In this document: positions 13,897 through 27,257 of the stretch, piece by piece
Numbering within the stretch: position 1 is the first letter of the stretch
How the letters are laid out: each line of letters starts with the position of its first letter
Assembly (NCBI RefSeq): GCF_048403405.1
Contig: NZ_CP183129.1
DNA: 64,000 nt
Reading direction: 5' to 3' (one strand)
Origin: Escherichia coli
Lineage (GTDB): Bacteria; Pseudomonadota; Gammaproteobacteria; Enterobacterales; Enterobacteriaceae
The notes under the pieces: generated by a model
Told to the model about the DNA's origin: nothing
Seen by the model: only the letters and a program-made list of their open reading frames with translations
Databases searched by the model: none
Position numbers and translations under genes: made by a program

Positions 13897-14793
13897 TTAT
13901 TCCTTGTCTAAAACCTGACGAATAAAGCCGCCGTGTTGATCCAGGCGTTTTTTAGCTTCTGCGGCATCGAGATTTTTCAGCACCATCACAATGGCCGTTT
14001 TACAGTTGCGCTCGCAGGCAACCAATGCCGCTTCCGCTTGCTCTGCGCTACATCCGGTAGCGTTTTTGACGATATTGACCTGGCGCACATGCAGTTTTTC
14101 GTTGGTGGCGACCACATCGACCATCAGGTTGCCGAACACTTTGCCGGATTTAATCATCAGCCCGGTGGAGAGCATATTGAGCACCAGTTTCTGCGCTGTA
14201 CCTGCTTTCATCCGCGAAGAACCGGTAACCACTTCGGCACCTACAATCGGTGTAATGGCAAACTCTGCGGTGGTTGAAACGGCGCTCCCCGGATTACAGG
14301 AAATTCCCACTGTGCGGCAACCGAGCTGGCGGGCGTATTCCAGTCCGGCAATCACATACGGCGTACGACCGCTGGCGGCAATACCGACCACCACATCCTG
14401 TGCCGTTAAATTAATATTTTTCAGATCGTTAACGCCGCCTTCCCGGCTATCTTCCGCGCCTTCCACCGCGTGCTGAATGGCATATTCGCCGCCAGCAATC
14501 AAACCAACTACCAGGCCCGGTTTCACGCCGTAGGTCGGCGGACATTCACTGGCATCAAGAATACCCAGACGACCAGAGGTCCCCGCACCGATGTAAATCA
14601 GACGGCCGCCGCCGCTCACCTGGGCGTGAATAACATCGATCGCCGCTGCAATATCCGGCAGTACGCGCTCAACGGCGAGTGGTACGGTTTTATCTTCATC
14701 GTTGATAATCCGGCACATTTCCAGCGTCGAAACGCGGTCAATTTCAGCCGAGGCGGCATTCGAGCCTTCGGTAATCATCTTTTCAAGTTGCAT
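13897..14793 (-). CDS. murQ: MurQ, N-acetylmuramic acid 6-phosphate etherase
   Basis: 298-aa SIS-domain ORF. Confidence 0.9.
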   Translation of the reverse strand: MQLEKMITEGSNAASAEIDRVSTLEMCRIINDEDKTVPLAVERVLPDIAAAIDVIHAQVSGGGRLIYIGAGTSGRLGILDASECPPTYGVKPGLVVGLIAGGEYAIQHAVEGAEDSREGGVNDLKNINLTAQDVVVGIAASGRTPYVIAGLEYARQLGCRTVGISCNPGSAVSTTAEFAITPIVGAEVVTGSSRMKAGTAQKLVLNMLSTGLMIKSGKVFGNLMVDVVATNEKLHVRQVNIVKNATGCSAEQAEAALVACERNCKTAIVMVLKNLDAAEAKKRLDQHGGFIRQVLDKE

Positions 14794-14964
14794 CAGTGGT
14801 GACCTTAGTATTCACAATCAAATAATTGCATATTGATGGAATCATATATCTCAATTTGCTAGTTTTAAAGGAATCATTGAGTCTGAAATCACAGAGTGTG
14901 AAGAGCGTCAAAGGGCAAAATCCGTGTGCTATGCTGCGCGCAGGATGTGGTGAGGGAGTGGAAG

Positions 14965-15822
14965 ATGTTGTACCTGACGAAAATACGCAATGCGGAAAGT
15001 GAATTTACCGAGAACGAGCAAAAAATTGCTGACTTTCTGCGGGCCAACGTGAGTGAGCTGAAATCCGTCTCTTCGCGCAAGATGGCGAAACAGCTCGGCA
15101 TCAGCCAGTCGAGTATTGTGAAGTTTGCCCAGAAGCTCGGTGCGCAAGGATTTACTGAATTGCGTATGGCGTTAATTGGCGAATACAGTGCTAGCCGGGA
15201 GAAAACGAATGCCACGGCGCTGCACCTGCACAGTTCGATTACCAGTGATGATTCGCTGGAAGTGATTGCCCGCAAATTGAATCGCGAAAAAGAGCTGGCG
15301 CTGGAGCAAACCTGTGCGTTGTTCGACTACGCGCGGTTGCAAAAAATCATTGAGGTCATCAGTAAAGCACCGTTTATCCAGATAACGGGCCTGGGTGGGT
15401 CGGCGCTGGTGGGGCGCGATCTTTCATTCAAACTGATGAAAATTGGTTATCGTGTGGCCTGTGAAGCTGACACGCATGTACAAGCCACCGTTTCCCAGGC
15501 GCTGAAAAAAGGCGATGTACAAATCGCTATCTCTTACAGCGGCAGTAAAAAAGAGATTGTCTTGTGCGCCGAGGCAGCGCGAAAGCAGGGGGCAACGGTG
15601 ATTGCCATTACCTCATTAACCGATTCCCCGCTGCGGCGGCTGGCGCATTACACCCTCGATACCGTTTCTGGCGAAACCGAATGGCGCAGCTCGTCGATGT
15701 CCACCCGCACGGCGCAAAATTCTGTTACCGATTTACTGTTTGTTGGCCTTGTGCAACTCAATGATGTGGAGTCATTGAAAATGATTGAGCGCAGCAGTGA
15801 GCTAACGCAACGCCTGAAATGA
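14965..15822 (+). CDS. murR: MurR, RpiR-family repressor of murQP
   Basis: ORF 14926..15822; start placed at [14 protein letters not shown] (285 aa); divergent from murQ. Confidence 0.88.
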   Translation: MLYLTKIRNAESEFTENEQKIADFLRANVSELKSVSSRKMAKQLGISQSSIVKFAQKLGAQGFTELRMALIGEYSASREKTNATALHLHSSITSDDSLEVIARKLNREKELALEQTCALFDYARLQKIIEVISKAPFIQITGLGGSALVGRDLSFKLMKIGYRVACEADTHVQATVSQALKKGDVQIAISYSGSKKEIVLCAEAARKQGATVIAITSLTDSPLRRLAHYTLDTVSGETEWRSSSMSTRTAQNSVTDLLFVGLVQLNDVESLKMIERSSELTQRLK

Positions 15823-15950
15823 TGCATAAAGCAGCGACTGGATTGAGATTTTCCTGAATTAGTGAGCTGATCCGCAGCAATATTTTGTTTATCCTGTATT
15901 TTCAGAGGGAATGGAGTGTAACGCTCTGTATTAACAAGGAGAGCATTAAA

Positions 15951-16742
15951 ATGGGTAAACTCACGGGCAAGACAGCACTGATTACGGGCGCATTGCAGGG
16001 AATTGGCGAAGGAATTGCCAGAACTTTTGCGCGTCATGGCGCAAACCTAATCTTGCTGGATATCTCCCCTGAGATCGAAAAGCTGGCGGACGAACTGTGT
16101 GGTCGTGGTCATCGCTGTACGGCGGTTGTCGCCGATGTGCGTGACCCGGCGTCGGTCGCCGCAGCTATCAAGCGCGCGAAGGAAAAAGAAGGGCGCATTG
16201 ATATCCTGGTGAATAACGCAGGCGTTTGTCGTCTGGGCAGTTTCCTCGATATGAGCGATGAAGATCGCGATTTCCATATTGATATCAATATTAAAGGCGT
16301 ATGGAACGTCACGAAGGCGGTGCTGCCGGAGATGATTGCCCGCAAAGATGGCCGCATTGTGATGATGTCTTCGGTCACCGGCGATATGGTGGCGGACCCA
16401 GGTGAAACGGCGTATGCCTTAACGAAAGCGGCGATTGTTGGCCTGACTAAGTCGCTGGCGGTGGAGTACGCGCAGTCTGGTATTCGCGTTAACGCCATCT
16501 GCCCGGGATACGTTCGCACGCCAATGGCGGAAAGCATTGCCCGCCAGTCGAACCCGGAAGATCCAGAATCGGTGCTGACTGAAATGGCAAAAGCAATCCC
16601 GATGCGTCGCCTCGCCGATCCGCTGGAAGTCGGCGAACTGGCAGCCTTCCTCGCATCGGATGAATCAAGTTATTTAACCGGTACACAGAATGTGATTGAT
16701 GGCGGCAGCACACTGCCGGAGACGGTTAGCGTCGGCATTTGA
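15951..16742 (+). CDS. ucpA: UcpA, short-chain dehydrogenase/reductase
   Basis: ORF 15885..16742; start at MGKLTGKTALITG (Rossmann TGxxxGIG motif); 263 aa. Confidence 0.88.
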   Translation: MGKLTGKTALITGALQGIGEGIARTFARHGANLILLDISPEIEKLADELCGRGHRCTAVVADVRDPASVAAAIKRAKEKEGRIDILVNNAGVCRLGSFLDMSDEDRDFHIDINIKGVWNVTKAVLPEMIARKDGRIVMMSSVTGDMVADPGETAYALTKAAIVGLTKSLAVEYAQSGIRVNAICPGYVRTPMAESIARQSNPEDPESVLTEMAKAIPMRRLADPLEVGELAAFLASDESSYLTGTQNVIDGGSTLPETVSVGI

Positions 16743-16912
16743 TTCACCTCTGTTTCCTCCCTGCATTTGTGGGGAGGATTTCGTCTTGAACCCGGTTCTT
16801 ATTCCCTTTTCAACTTCCAAATCACCAAACGGTATATAAAACCGTTACTCCTTTCACGTCCGTTATAAATATGATGGCTCTTAGAAAGTCATTAAATTTA
16901 TAAGGGTGCGCA

Positions 16913-17929
16913 ATGGCCGTTAACTTACTGAAAAAGAACTCACTCGCGCTGGTCGCTTCTCTGCTGCTGGCGGGCCATGTACAGGCAACGGAACTGCTGA
17001 ACAGTTCTTATGACGTCTCCCGCGAGCTGTTTGCCGCCCTGAACCCGCCGTTTGAGCAACAATGGGCCAAAGATAACGGCGGCGACAAACTGACGATAAA
17101 ACAATCTCATGCCGGGTCATCAAAACAGGCGCTGGCGATTTTGCAGGGCTTAAAAGCCGACGTTGTCACTTATAACCAGGTGACTGACGTACAAATCCTG
17201 CACGACAAAGGCAAGCTGATCCCGGCCGACTGGCAAACGCGCCTGCCGAATAACAGCTCTCCGTTCTACTCCACCATGGGTTTCCTGGTGCGTAAGGGCA
17301 ACCCGAAAAATATCCACGACTGGAACGATCTGGTGCGCTCCGACGTGAAGCTGATTTTCCCGAACCCGAAAACGTCGGGTAACGCACGTTACACCTATCT
17401 GGCGGCATGGGGTGCAGCGGATAAAGCTGACGGTGGCGACAAAGCCAAAACCGAACAGTTTATGACCCAGTTCCTGAAAAACGTTGAAGTGTTCGATACC
17501 GGTGGCCGTGGCGCGACCACCACCTTTGCCGAGCGCGGGCTGGGCGATGTGCTGATTAGCTTCGAATCGGAAGTGAACAACATCCGCAAACAGTATGAAG
17601 CGCAGGGCTTTGAAGTGGTGATTCCGAAAACCAACATTCTGGCGGAATTCCCGGTGGCGTGGGTCGATAAAAACGTGCAGGCCAACGGTACGGAAAAAGC
17701 AGCAAAAGCCTACCTGAACTGGCTCTACAGCCCGCAGGCGCAGACCATCATCACCGACTATTACTACCGCGTAAATAACCCGGAAGTCATGGACAAACTG
17801 AAAGACAAATTCCCGCAGACCGAACTGTTCCGCGTGGAAGACAAATTTGGCTCCTGGCCGGAAGTGATGAAAACCCACTTCACCAGCGGCGGCGAGTTAG
17901 ACAAGCTGTTAGCGGCGGGGCGTAATTAA
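16913..17929 (+). CDS. cysP: CysP, periplasmic thiosulfate-binding protein
   Basis: 338-aa ORF with signal peptide; first gene of cysPUWAM. Confidence 0.9.
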   Translation: MAVNLLKKNSLALVASLLLAGHVQATELLNSSYDVSRELFAALNPPFEQQWAKDNGGDKLTIKQSHAGSSKQALAILQGLKADVVTYNQVTDVQILHDKGKLIPADWQTRLPNNSSPFYSTMGFLVRKGNPKNIHDWNDLVRSDVKLIFPNPKTSGNARYTYLAAWGAADKADGGDKAKTEQFMTQFLKNVEVFDTGGRGATTTFAERGLGDVLISFESEVNNIRKQYEAQGFEVVIPKTNILAEFPVAWVDKNVQANGTEKAAKAYLNWLYSPQAQTIITDYYYRVNNPEVMDKLKDKFPQTELFRVEDKFGSWPEVMKTHFTSGGELDKLLAAGRN

Positions 17930-18762
17930 TGTTTGCAGTTTCATCAAGACGCGTGCTGCCGGGCTTTACCTTAAGCCTCGGCACCAGTCTGCTGTTTGTG
18001 TGCCTGATTTTGCTGCTGCCGCTCTCCGCGCTGGTGATGCAGCTGGCTCAGATGAGCTGGGCGCAGTACTGGGAGGTGATCACCAACCCACAAGTGGTCG
18101 CGGCCTACAAAGTGACGCTGCTGTCAGCGTTTGTCGCGTCGATTTTTAACGGCGTTTTCGGTTTGCTGATGGCGTGGATCTTAACCCGCTATCGCTTTCC
18201 GGGCCGCACGCTGCTTGATGCGCTGATGGATTTACCCTTTGCGCTGCCAACGGCAGTCGCCGGTTTGACGCTGGCCTCGCTCTTTTCCGTGAACGGTTTT
18301 TACGGTGAATGGCTGGCGAAGTTTGATATCAAAGTCACCTATACCTGGCTGGGGATTGCGGTGGCGATGGCCTTTACCAGCATTCCGTTTGTGGTGCGTA
18401 CCGTGCAGCCGGTGCTGGAAGAGTTAGGCCCGGAATATGAAGAAGCGGCGGAAACGCTCGGCGCAACGCGCTGGCAGAGTTTCTGCAAAGTGGTGCTGCC
18501 GGAGCTATCTCCGGCGCTGGTGGCGGGCGTGGCGCTGTCGTTTACCCGTAGTCTTGGTGAATTTGGCGCGGTGATTTTTATCGCCGGGAACATCGCCTGG
18601 AAGACAGAAGTGACGTCGCTGATGATTTTTGTTCGCTTACAGGAGTTTGATTACCCGGCGGCGAGCGCGATTGCTTCGGTGATCCTCGCGGCATCCCTGC
18701 TGCTGCTGTTCTCAATTAACACTCTGCAAAGTCGCTTTGGTCGGCGTGTGGTAGGTCATTAA
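17929..18762 (+). CDS. cysU: CysU (CysT), sulfate/thiosulfate ABC permease
   Basis: 277-aa membrane ORF. Confidence 0.9.
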   Translation: MFAVSSRRVLPGFTLSLGTSLLFVCLILLLPLSALVMQLAQMSWAQYWEVITNPQVVAAYKVTLLSAFVASIFNGVFGLLMAWILTRYRFPGRTLLDALMDLPFALPTAVAGLTLASLFSVNGFYGEWLAKFDIKVTYTWLGIAVAMAFTSIPFVVRTVQPVLEELGPEYEEAAETLGATRWQSFCKVVLPELSPALVAGVALSFTRSLGEFGAVIFIAGNIAWKTEVTSLMIFVRLQEFDYPAASAIASVILAASLLLLFSINTLQSRFGRRVVGH

Positions 18763-19637
18763 TGGCGGAAGTGACACAGTTGAAGCGTTATGACGCGCGC
18801 CCGATTAACTGGGGCAAATGGTTTCTGATTGGCATCGGGATGCTGGTTTCGGCGTTCATCCTGCTGGTGCCGATGATTTACATCTTTGTGCAGGCGTTCA
18901 GTAAAGGGCTGATGCCAGTTTTACAGAATCTGGCCGATCCGGACATGCTGCACGCCATCTGGCTGACGGTGATGATTGCGCTGATTGCCGTGCCGGTGAA
19001 CCTGGTGTTCGGCATTCTGCTGGCATGGCTGGTGACGCGCTTTAACTTCCCCGGACGCCAGTTGCTGCTGACGCTGCTGGACATTCCGTTTGCCGTGTCG
19101 CCGGTGGTTGCCGGTCTGGTGTATCTGCTGTTTTACGGCTCTAACGGCCCGCTCGGCGGCTGGCTGGATGAACATAATCTGCAAATTATGTTCTCCTGGC
19201 CGGGAATGGTGCTGGTCACCATCTTCGTGACGTGTCCGTTTGTGGTGCGTGAGCTGGTGCCGGTGATGTTAAGCCAGGGCAGCCAGGAAGACGAAGCGGC
19301 GATTTTGCTGGGCGCATCTGGCTGGCAGATGTTTCGCCGCGTCACGCTGCCGAACATCCGCTGGGCGCTGCTTTATGGCGTGGTGCTGACCAACGCCCGC
19401 GCGATTGGCGAGTTTGGTGCGGTGTCGGTGGTTTCCGGCTCGATTCGCGGCGAAACACTTTCGCTGCCGTTACAGATTGAATTGCTGGAGCAAGACTACA
19501 ACACCGTCGGCTCCTTTACCGCTGCCGCGTTGTTGACGCTGATGGCGATTATCACCCTGTTTTTAAAGAGTATGTTGCAGTGGCGTCTGGAGAATCAGGA
19601 AAAACGCGCGCAGCAGGAGGAACATCATGAGCATTGA
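18762..19637 (+). CDS. cysW: CysW, sulfate/thiosulfate ABC permease
   Basis: 291-aa membrane ORF. Confidence 0.9.
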   Translation: MAEVTQLKRYDARPINWGKWFLIGIGMLVSAFILLVPMIYIFVQAFSKGLMPVLQNLADPDMLHAIWLTVMIALIAVPVNLVFGILLAWLVTRFNFPGRQLLLTLLDIPFAVSPVVAGLVYLLFYGSNGPLGGWLDEHNLQIMFSWPGMVLVTIFVTCPFVVRELVPVMLSQGSQEDEAAILLGASGWQMFRRVTLPNIRWALLYGVVLTNARAIGEFGAVSVVSGSIRGETLSLPLQIELLEQDYNTVGSFTAAALLTLMAIITLFLKSMLQWRLENQEKRAQQEEHHEH

Positions 19638-20724
19638 GATTGCCAATATTAAGAAGTCTTTTGGTCGCACCCAGGTGCTGAACGATATCTCACTGGATAT
19701 TCCTTCTGGTCAGATGGTCGCGTTGCTGGGGCCGTCCGGTTCCGGGAAAACCACGCTGCTGCGCATTATCGCCGGGCTGGAGCATCAAACCAGCGGGCAT
19801 ATTCGCTTCCACGGCACCGACGTCAGCCGCCTGCATGCGCGCGATCGTAAAGTTGGTTTCGTGTTCCAGCACTATGCGCTGTTCCGCCATATGACGGTGT
19901 TCGACAATATCGCTTTCGGCCTGACGGTGCTGCCGCGTCGCGAGCGCCCGAATGCCGCAGCCATCAAAGCGAAAGTGACAAAATTGCTGGAGATGGTGCA
20001 GCTTGCGCATCTGGCGGATCGTTATCCGGCACAGCTTTCCGGCGGGCAGAAACAGCGCGTGGCGCTGGCGCGTGCGCTCGCTGTGGAACCGCAAATTCTG
20101 CTGCTTGATGAACCGTTTGGCGCGCTGGATGCGCAGGTGCGTAAAGAGCTGCGTCGCTGGCTGCGTCAGTTACATGAAGAGCTGAAATTCACCAGCGTGT
20201 TTGTGACCCATGACCAGGAAGAAGCGACCGAAGTAGCCGATCGTGTAGTGGTGATGAGCCAGGGCAATATCGAGCAGGCTGATGCACCGGACCAGGTATG
20301 GCGCGAACCAGCGACCCGTTTTGTACTCGAATTTATGGGCGAAGTGAACCGCCTGCAGGGAACCATTCGCGGCGGGCAGTTCCATGTTGGCGCGCATCGC
20401 TGGCCGCTGGGCTATACACCTGCGTATCAGGGGCCGGTGGATCTCTTCCTTCGTCCGTGGGAAGTGGATATCAGCCGCCGTACCAGCCTCGATTCGCCGC
20501 TGCCGGTACAGGTACTGGAAGCCAGCCCGAAAGGCCACTACACCCAATTAGTTGTGCAGCCGCTGGGGTGGTACAACGAACCGCTGACGGTTGTGATGCA
20601 TGGCGACGATGCCCCGCAGCGTGGCGAGCGTTTATTCGTTGGTCTGCAACATGCGCGGCTGTATAACGGCGACGAGCGTATTGAAACCCGCGATGAGGAA
20701 CTTGCTCTCGCACAAAGCGCCTGA
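19627..20724 (+). CDS. cysA: CysA, sulfate/thiosulfate ABC ATPase
   Basis: 365-aa ORF with Walker [10 protein letters not shown] and LSGGQ signature. Confidence 0.92.
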   Translation: MSIEIANIKKSFGRTQVLNDISLDIPSGQMVALLGPSGSGKTTLLRIIAGLEHQTSGHIRFHGTDVSRLHARDRKVGFVFQHYALFRHMTVFDNIAFGLTVLPRRERPNAAAIKAKVTKLLEMVQLAHLADRYPAQLSGGQKQRVALARALAVEPQILLLDEPFGALDAQVRKELRRWLRQLHEELKFTSVFVTHDQEEATEVADRVVVMSQGNIEQADAPDQVWREPATRFVLEFMGEVNRLQGTIRGGQFHVGAHRWPLGYTPAYQGPVDLFLRPWEVDISRRTSLDSPLPVQVLEASPKGHYTQLVVQPLGWYNEPLTVVMHGDDAPQRGERLFVGLQHARLYNGDERIETRDEELALAQSA

Positions 20725-20745
20725 TAGGTTGAGTGAATGTTAAAC

Positions 20746-20778
20746 GCCCGGAGGCGCTTCCCGCGATCCGGGCTTTTT
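20746..20778 (+). terminator. Hairpin plus T-run after cysA
   Basis: gcccgga ... tccgggc followed by ttttt. Confidence 0.4.
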
Positions 20779-20797
20779 AATGGCAAGGTTTGTAACC

Positions 20798-20835
20798 TGT
20801 AGGCCTGATAAGACGCGCAAGCGTCGCATCAGGCA
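20798..20835. repeat. REP (repetitive extragenic palindrome) unit
   Basis: tgtaggcctgataagacgcg...cgtcgcatcaggca. Confidence 0.7.
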
Positions 20836-20857
20836 ACACCACGTATGGACAGAGATC

Positions 20858-21769
20858 GTGAGTACATTAGAACAAACAATTGGCAATACGCCTCTGGTGA
20901 AGTTGCAGCGAATGGGGCCGAATAACGGCAGTGAAATCTGGTTGAAACTGGAAGGCAATAACCCGGCAGGTTCGGTGAAAGATCGTGCGGCGCTTTCGAT
21001 GATCGTCGAGGCGGAAAAGCGCGGGGAAATTAAACCGGGTGATGTGTTAATCGAAGCCACCAGTGGTAACACCGGCATTGCGCTGGCAATGATTGCCGCG
21101 CTTAAAGGCTATCGCATGAAATTGCTGATGCCCGACAACATGAGCCAGGAACGCCGTGCGGCGATGCGTGCTTATGGTGCGGAACTGATTCTTGTCACCA
21201 AAGAGCAGGGCATGGAAGGTGCGCGCGATCTGGCGCTGGAGATGGCGAATCGTGGCGAAGGAAAGCTGCTCGATCAGTTCAATAATCCCGATAACCCTTA
21301 CGCCCATTACACCACTACCGGGCCGGAAATCTGGCAGCAAACTGGCGGGCGCATTACCCATTTTGTCTCCAGCATGGGAACAACCGGCACCATCACCGGC
21401 GTGTCACGCTTTATGCGCGAACAATCCAAACCGGTGACCATTGTCGGCCTGCAACCGGAAGAGGGCAGCAGCATTCCCGGCATTCGCCGCTGGCCTGCGG
21501 AATATCTGCCGGGGATTTTCAACGCTTCGCTGGTGGATGAGGTGCTGGATATTCATCAGAGCGATGCGGAAAACACCATGCGTGAACTGGCGGTGCGGGA
21601 AGGAATATTCTGTGGCGTTAGCTCCGGCGGCGCGGTTGCCGGAGCACTGCGCGTGGCAAAAGCTAACCCCGGCGCGGTGGTTGTGGCGATCATCTGCGAT
21701 CGCGGCGATCGCTACCTCTCCACCGGCGTGTTTGGGGAAGAACACTTTAGCCAGGGGGCGGGGATTTAA
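20858..21769 (+). CDS. cysM: CysM, cysteine synthase B
   Basis: ORF 20780..21769; start placed at GTG (VSTLEQTIGNTPLVKL) giving 303 aa. Confidence 0.88.
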   Translation: MSTLEQTIGNTPLVKLQRMGPNNGSEIWLKLEGNNPAGSVKDRAALSMIVEAEKRGEIKPGDVLIEATSGNTGIALAMIAALKGYRMKLLMPDNMSQERRAAMRAYGAELILVTKEQGMEGARDLALEMANRGEGKLLDQFNNPDNPYAHYTTTGPEIWQQTGGRITHFVSSMGTTGTITGVSRFMREQSKPVTIVGLQPEEGSSIPGIRRWPAEYLPGIFNASLVDEVLDIHQSDAENTMRELAVREGIFCGVSSGGAVAGALRVAKANPGAVVVAIICDRGDRYLSTGVFGEEHFSQGAGI

Positions 21770-21771
21770 GA

Positions 21772-22231
<460 letters not shown>

Positions 22232-22244
22232 GAGAAAAAATTAA

Positions 22245-23096
22245 ATGAGTAGTTTGTTGTTGTTTAACGATAAGAGCAGGGCATTGCAGGCGGATATCGT
22301 CGCCGTGCAGTCGCAGGTAGTGTACGGCAGCGTAGGCAACAGCATTGCGGTGCCTGCTATAAAACAGAACGGCTTGAATGTCTTTGCCGTGCCGACTGTA
22401 TTGCTGAGCAATACACCGCATTATGACACTTTCTACGGTGGTGCGATTCCGGACGAATGGTTTAGCGGCTATTTGCGTGCGCTTCAGGAGCGTGATGCGC
22501 TGCGCCAACTTCAAGCAGTAACCACGGGCTATATGGGAACGGCATCGCAAATCAAAATCCTTGCCGAGTGGCTGATTGCGCTACGCAAAGACCATCCTGA
22601 CTTATTGATTATGGTCGATCCGGTGATTGGCGATATTGATAGCGGAATTTATGTCAAACCTGACCTTCCCGAGGCATATCGACAATATTTACTGCCTCTG
22701 GCGCAGGGAATTACGCCAAATATCTTTGAGCTGGAAATTCTGACAGGTAAAAATTGCCGCGATCTCGACAGCGCCATTGCTGCCGCAAAAAGTCTGCTTT
22801 CAGACACATTAAAATGGGTGGTGATTACCAGCGCCTCCGGTAACGAAGAAAATCAGGAGATGCAGGTGGTGGTGGTCAGTGCCGACAGCGCGAATGTTAT
22901 TTCCCATTCTCGGGTAAAAACGGACCTTAAAGGAACAGGAGATCTGTTTTGCGCCCAGCTTATCAGTGGCTTGTTGAAAGGTAAGAAATTAACTGACGCG
23001 GTACATAGCGCGGGATTACGCGTGCTGGAGGTGATGCGCTATACCCAGCAGCATGGCAGTGATGAATTGATTTTGCCGCCCCTGACGGAAGCATAA
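22245..23096 (+). CDS. pdxK: PdxK, pyridoxal/pyridoxine/pyridoxamine kinase
   Basis: 283-aa ribokinase-fold ORF. Confidence 0.9.
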   Translation: MSSLLLFNDKSRALQADIVAVQSQVVYGSVGNSIAVPAIKQNGLNVFAVPTVLLSNTPHYDTFYGGAIPDEWFSGYLRALQERDALRQLQAVTTGYMGTASQIKILAEWLIALRKDHPDLLIMVDPVIGDIDSGIYVKPDLPEAYRQYLLPLAQGITPNIFELEILTGKNCRDLDSAIAAAKSLLSDTLKWVVITSASGNEENQEMQVVVVSADSANVISHSRVKTDLKGTGDLFCAQLISGLLKGKKLTDAVHSAGLRVLEVMRYTQQHGSDELILPPLTEA

Positions 23097-23124
23097 AAAA
23101 ATGGCGCCCATCGGCGCCATTTTT
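23095..23124. terminator. Bidirectional rho-independent terminator between pdxK and crr
   Basis: aaaaaaatggcgccc atc ggcgccattttt. Confidence 0.7.
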
Positions 23125-23138
23125 CACTGCGGCAAGAA

Positions 23139-23648
23139 TTACTTCTTGATGCGGATAACCGGAGTTTCACCCACAGTTACGCTACCGGACAGTTTGATCA
23201 GTTCTTTGATTTCGTCCATGTTGGAGATAACAACCGGAGTCAGGGTAGACTTGGCTTTCTCTTCCAGCAGCGGCAGATCAAATTCAATGACAGTATCGCC
23301 AACTTTCACGCGCTGACCTTCTTCAGCAATACGCTTGAAGCCTTCGCCTTTCAGTTCAACGGTGTCGATACCGAAGTGGACGAACAGTTCAACGCCGCTA
23401 TCAGATTCGATAGAGAACGCGTGGTTGGTTTCAAAGATTTTACCAATGGTGCCGTCTACAGGCGCGACCATTTTGTTACCCGTTGGTTTGATAGCAATAC
23501 CATCACCAACGATTTTTTCCGCAAAAACGACATCCGGCACGTCTTCGATATTGACGATCTCGCCAGAGAGCGGAGCAATGATCTCAATAGTTCCGGTATC
23601 CTTCTTGTCGTCGGAAACCAGAGATTTCAGTTTATCGAACAAACCCAT
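23139..23648 (-). CDS. crr: Crr, PTS glucose-specific EIIA
   Basis: 169-aa [19 protein letters not shown]... Confidence 0.95.
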
Positions 23649-23688
23649 GATCTTCTCCTAAGCAGTAAATTGGGCCGCATCTCGTGGA

Positions 23689-25416
23689 TTAGCAGATTGT
23701 TTTTTCTTCAATGAACTTGTTAACCAGCGTCATTAACTCGTCCGTTGTCGGTTGAGCAAGAGCCTGCTCTGCTAACACCTTCGCATCTTCGAAGTTCGTG
23801 TTACGGATAATCTTCTTAATGCGCGGGATAGAAATGGCGCTCATAGAGAATTCGTCCAGACCCATCCCCAGCAACAGAAGTGTAGCACGTTCATCGCCAG
23901 CAAGCTCACCACACATGCCAGTCCATTTGCCTTCAGCATGAGAAGCATCAATAACTTGCTTGATCAAGTTCAGCACGGACGGTGACATTGGCTGGTAAAG
24001 GTGTGAAATCATATCATTACCACGGTCAACTGCCAGAGTGTACTGCGTTAAATCATTGGTGCCGATACTAAAGAAATCAACTTCTTTGGCTAAATGACGT
24101 GCAATTGTTGCGGCAGCCGGTGTTTCCACCATTACGCCGATTTCAATTGACTCGTCAAACGCTTTACCTTCGTCGCGCAGTTCCTGTTTGTAGATTTCGA
24201 TCTCTTTGCGCAGTGCACGCACTTCTTCAACAGAGATGATCATCGGGAACATAATGCGCAATTTACCGAAAGCCGAGGCACGCAGGATAGCGCGGAGCTG
24301 ATCGCGCAGGATCTCTTTACGATCCATCGCGATACGGATAGCGCGCCAGCCGAGGAACGGGTTCTCTTCTTTCGGGAAGTTCATGTATGGCAGCTCTTTG
24401 TCGCCGCCGATGTCCATGGTACGAACGATAACCGCCTGCGAGCCACACGCTTCAGCCACTGCTTTGTAAGCAGCAAACTGTTCTTCTTCAGTGGGCAGCG
24501 CGTCGCGGTCCATGAACAGAAACTCAGTACGATACAGACCAACGCCTTCAGCGCCGTTACGCTCTGCACCTTCAACGTCACGAACCGTACCAATGTTAGC
24601 GCACACTTCGACCTGGTGACCGTCCAGCGTAATAGCTGGCAGATCTTTCAGTTTAGCAAGCTCTGCTTTTTCAGAAGCCACTTGCTCCTGAACAGCGCGC
24701 ATTTTATCAATAACTTCGTTGGTTGGATTGACGTAAACCTGATTATTTACGGCATCCAGAATCAGATAGTCGTCATTTTTCACCTGAGAGGTGACGCTAC
24801 CGGTACCCACGATAGCAGGCAGTTCCAGAGAACGCGCCATGATAGAGGTGTGGGAAGTACGGCCACCCGCGTCGGTGATGAAACCCAGCACCTTCTTCAG
24901 GTTCAGCTGTGCAGTTTCGGACGGCGTCAGGTCAGCGGCAACCAGAATGACTTCATCCTGAATGGCGCTCAGGTCGATAATCTTCAGGCCCAGGATGTTG
25001 CGCAGCAGGCGCTTACCGATATCACGTACGTCAGCCGCACGTTCTTTCAGGTATTCATCATCCAGCTCTTCCAGGGCAGAAGCCTGACCTTCGATAACTT
25101 CATGAGCAGCTGCGTCAGCTGTCATGTGCTTATCTTTAATCAGGGCTATGATTTCCTGCTCCAGCTCCTCATCTTCGAGCAGCATAATATGCCCTTCAAA
25201 GATGGCTTCTTTTTCTTCACCGAACGTTTCACCAGCTTTCGTTTTGATCGTTTCCAGCTGGGCTGATGCCTTGGCACGACCGCTCAGAAAACGTTCAACT
25301 TCCTGATCAACCTGGTCGGCAGAAATTTTTTTCCGGTCAATGACAATTTCGTCTTCTTTCAGAAGCAGAGCTTTACCGAAAGCGATACCCGGGGATGCTA
25401 AAATGCCTGAAATCAT
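23689..25416 (-). CDS. ptsI: PtsI, PTS Enzyme I
   Basis: 575-aa ORF. Confidence 0.95.
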   Translation of the reverse strand: MISGILASPGIAFGKALLLKEDEIVIDRKKISADQVDQEVERFLSGRAKASAQLETIKTKAGETFGEEKEAIFEGHIMLLEDEELEQEIIALIKDKHMTADAAAHEVIEGQASALEELDDEYLKERAADVRDIGKRLLRNILGLKIIDLSAIQDEVILVAADLTPSETAQLNLKKVLGFITDAGGRTSHTSIMARSLELPAIVGTGSVTSQVKNDDYLILDAVNNQVYVNPTNEVIDKMRAVQEQVASEKAELAKLKDLPAITLDGHQVEVCANIGTVRDVEGAERNGAEGVGLYRTEFLFMDRDALPTEEEQFAAYKAVAEACGSQAVIVRTMDIGGDKELPYMNFPKEENPFLGWRAIRIAMDRKEILRDQLRAILRASAFGKLRIMFPMIISVEEVRALRKEIEIYKQELRDEGKAFDESIEIGVMVETPAAATIARHLAKEVDFFSIGTNDLTQYTLAVDRGNDMISHLYQPMSPSVLNLIKQVIDASHAEGKWTGMCGELAGDERATLLLLGMGLDEFSMSAISIPRIKKIIRNTNFEDAKVLAEQALAQPTTDELMTLVNKFIEEKTIC

Positions 25417-25460
25417 AACCCTACCTTACTTGTGACTGATTTTTAAAAGAACCCGGGAAA

Positions 25461-25718
25461 TTACTCGAGTTCCGCCATCAGTTTAACCAGATGTTCAACC
25501 GCTTTCTGCTCGTCTTCGCCTTCTGCGGAGATAGTCACAACGGTACCTTGAGTCAGGCCCAGAGTCTGCAGTTTAAACAGGCTTTTCGCGCTGGCGCTTT
25601 TGCCGTTGGAAGTCACAGTAATTTCAGAAGTGAAGCCCTTAGCTTCTTTTACAAACTGGGCAGCAGGGCGGGTGTGCAGACCGTTCGGAGCGGTAATGGT
25701 AACTTCTTGCTGGAACAT
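25461..25718 (-). CDS. ptsH: PtsH, HPr
   Basis: 85-aa [26 protein letters not shown]. Confidence 0.95.
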
Positions 25719-26101
25719 TGTATTTCCCCAACTTATAGGTTTAGTGTTGTGGAACTAAAGTCTAGCCTGGCGGTTCGACTTTAGCCTGTATTGTTAGCGC
25801 CAGTTTTTAACAGACGCGACGCACGAAGAGCGCAATACAGTCCATTGCTGGCGGGTGTTGACCGCTGACGTTTCGTACGTCATTAAACATTATGCCGCTA
25901 AAGGAAGAATTGAACCAAATCATAAAATCGATTCAGCTTTGGCTTTTCCTGTAACGATTAATTTCGCGCATCAAAATAATTAGTCTGGTTAAATACCAGT
26001 TCCGACAGGCTGAATCAATGCCAGGAGGGGCGAAAGTTTGAAGCAGGCCACAAAAAAGCACCTGAAAAGGTGCTTTTTTACGCATTTTTAACAAGCTGGC
26101 A

Positions 26102-27073
26102 TTACTGTTGCAATTCTTTCTCAGTGAAGAGATCGGCAAACAATGCGGTGCTTAAATAACGCTCACCCGATGACGGCAGAATAACCACAATATTCTTGTT
26201 GGTAAAGCTTTCATCTTCTTGTAGTTTCAACGCCGCAGCAACAGCTGCTCCAGAAGAGATACCTGCAAGAATACCTTCTTCTTCCATCAGACGACGCGCG
26301 GTAGAAATGGCTTCTTCATTGGTGATGCCAATGACTTTATCGACCAGCTTGAGATCGAGGTTAGCCGGGATAAAACCTGCGCCAATACCCTGAATTTTAT
26401 GCGGGCCAGGTTTAATCTCTTCACCAGCCAGTGCCTGGGCGATAACTGGAGAATCGGTTGGCTCAACGGCGACAGAGATAAGATCGGTCTTGCCTTTGGT
26501 GCCTTTAATGTAGCGGCTGACGCCAGTCAGCGTACCGCCAGTCCCAACGCCAGCAATAAATACATCAACCTGACCGTCGGTATCTTCCCAGATCTCCGGA
26601 CCGGTGGTTTTTTCGTGAATTTCAGGGTTTGCCGGATTGCTGAATTGTTGCAGCAGCAGGTATTTCTCTGGATTGCTGGCGACAATTTCTTCTGCTTTTT
26701 GGATTGCGCCTTTCATGCCTTTAGCACCTTCGGTCAGCACCAGGTTTGCACCTAACGCTTTCAGCAGCTTGCGGCGTTCAATACTCATGGTTTCTGGCAT
26801 GGTCAGGGTAAGTTTGTAACCGCGAGCGGCAGCGACATAGGCCAGTGCAATCCCGGTATTACCGCTGGTTGGTTCAACCAGTTCAACGCCTGGTTTCAGC
26901 ACGCCGCGCTTTTCGGCATCCCAAATCATGTTGGCACCGATACGGCACTTAACGCTGAAGCTGGGGTTACGAGATTCCACCTTCGCCAGAATGCGTCCGT
27001 TACCGATGCGATTCAGGCGAACCAGCGGCGTGTGACCGATAGTCAGCGAGTTATCTTCAAAAATCTTACTCAT
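26102..27073 (-). CDS. cysK: CysK, cysteine synthase A
   Basis: 323-aa PLP-enzyme ORF. Confidence 0.93.
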   Translation of the reverse strand: MSKIFEDNSLTIGHTPLVRLNRIGNGRILAKVESRNPSFSVKCRIGANMIWDAEKRGVLKPGVELVEPTSGNTGIALAYVAAARGYKLTLTMPETMSIERRKLLKALGANLVLTEGAKGMKGAIQKAEEIVASNPEKYLLLQQFSNPANPEIHEKTTGPEIWEDTDGQVDVFIAGVGTGGTLTGVSRYIKGTKGKTDLISVAVEPTDSPVIAQALAGEEIKPGPHKIQGIGAGFIPANLDLKLVDKVIGITNEEAISTARRLMEEEGILAGISSGAAVAAALKLQEDESFTNKNIVVILPSSGERYLSTALFADLFTEKELQQ

Positions 27074-27257
27074 GGCCTGTCCTTAACTGTATGAAATTGG
27101 GATACAACAGGTAGCATAACCGCTCAGAGAATATGCGGAAGTAAGGATTTAGCATATCTATATGCAGAAGGGAAATAATGACATGCAAGATGGAATAAGG
27201 GGCGGCATAAGCCACCCCTGTTTCACACAAGCGGTTTACAAAATAACCGGTAGATTG

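Noticed and set aside
17150-17878. 242-aa ORF antisense to cysP, plus similar antisense ORFs in ptsI (24616..25266), ligA (30422..31063), nupC (43103..43867) and glk (47886..48578)
   Set aside because: All lie wholly within strongly supported genes; treated as frame artefacts.
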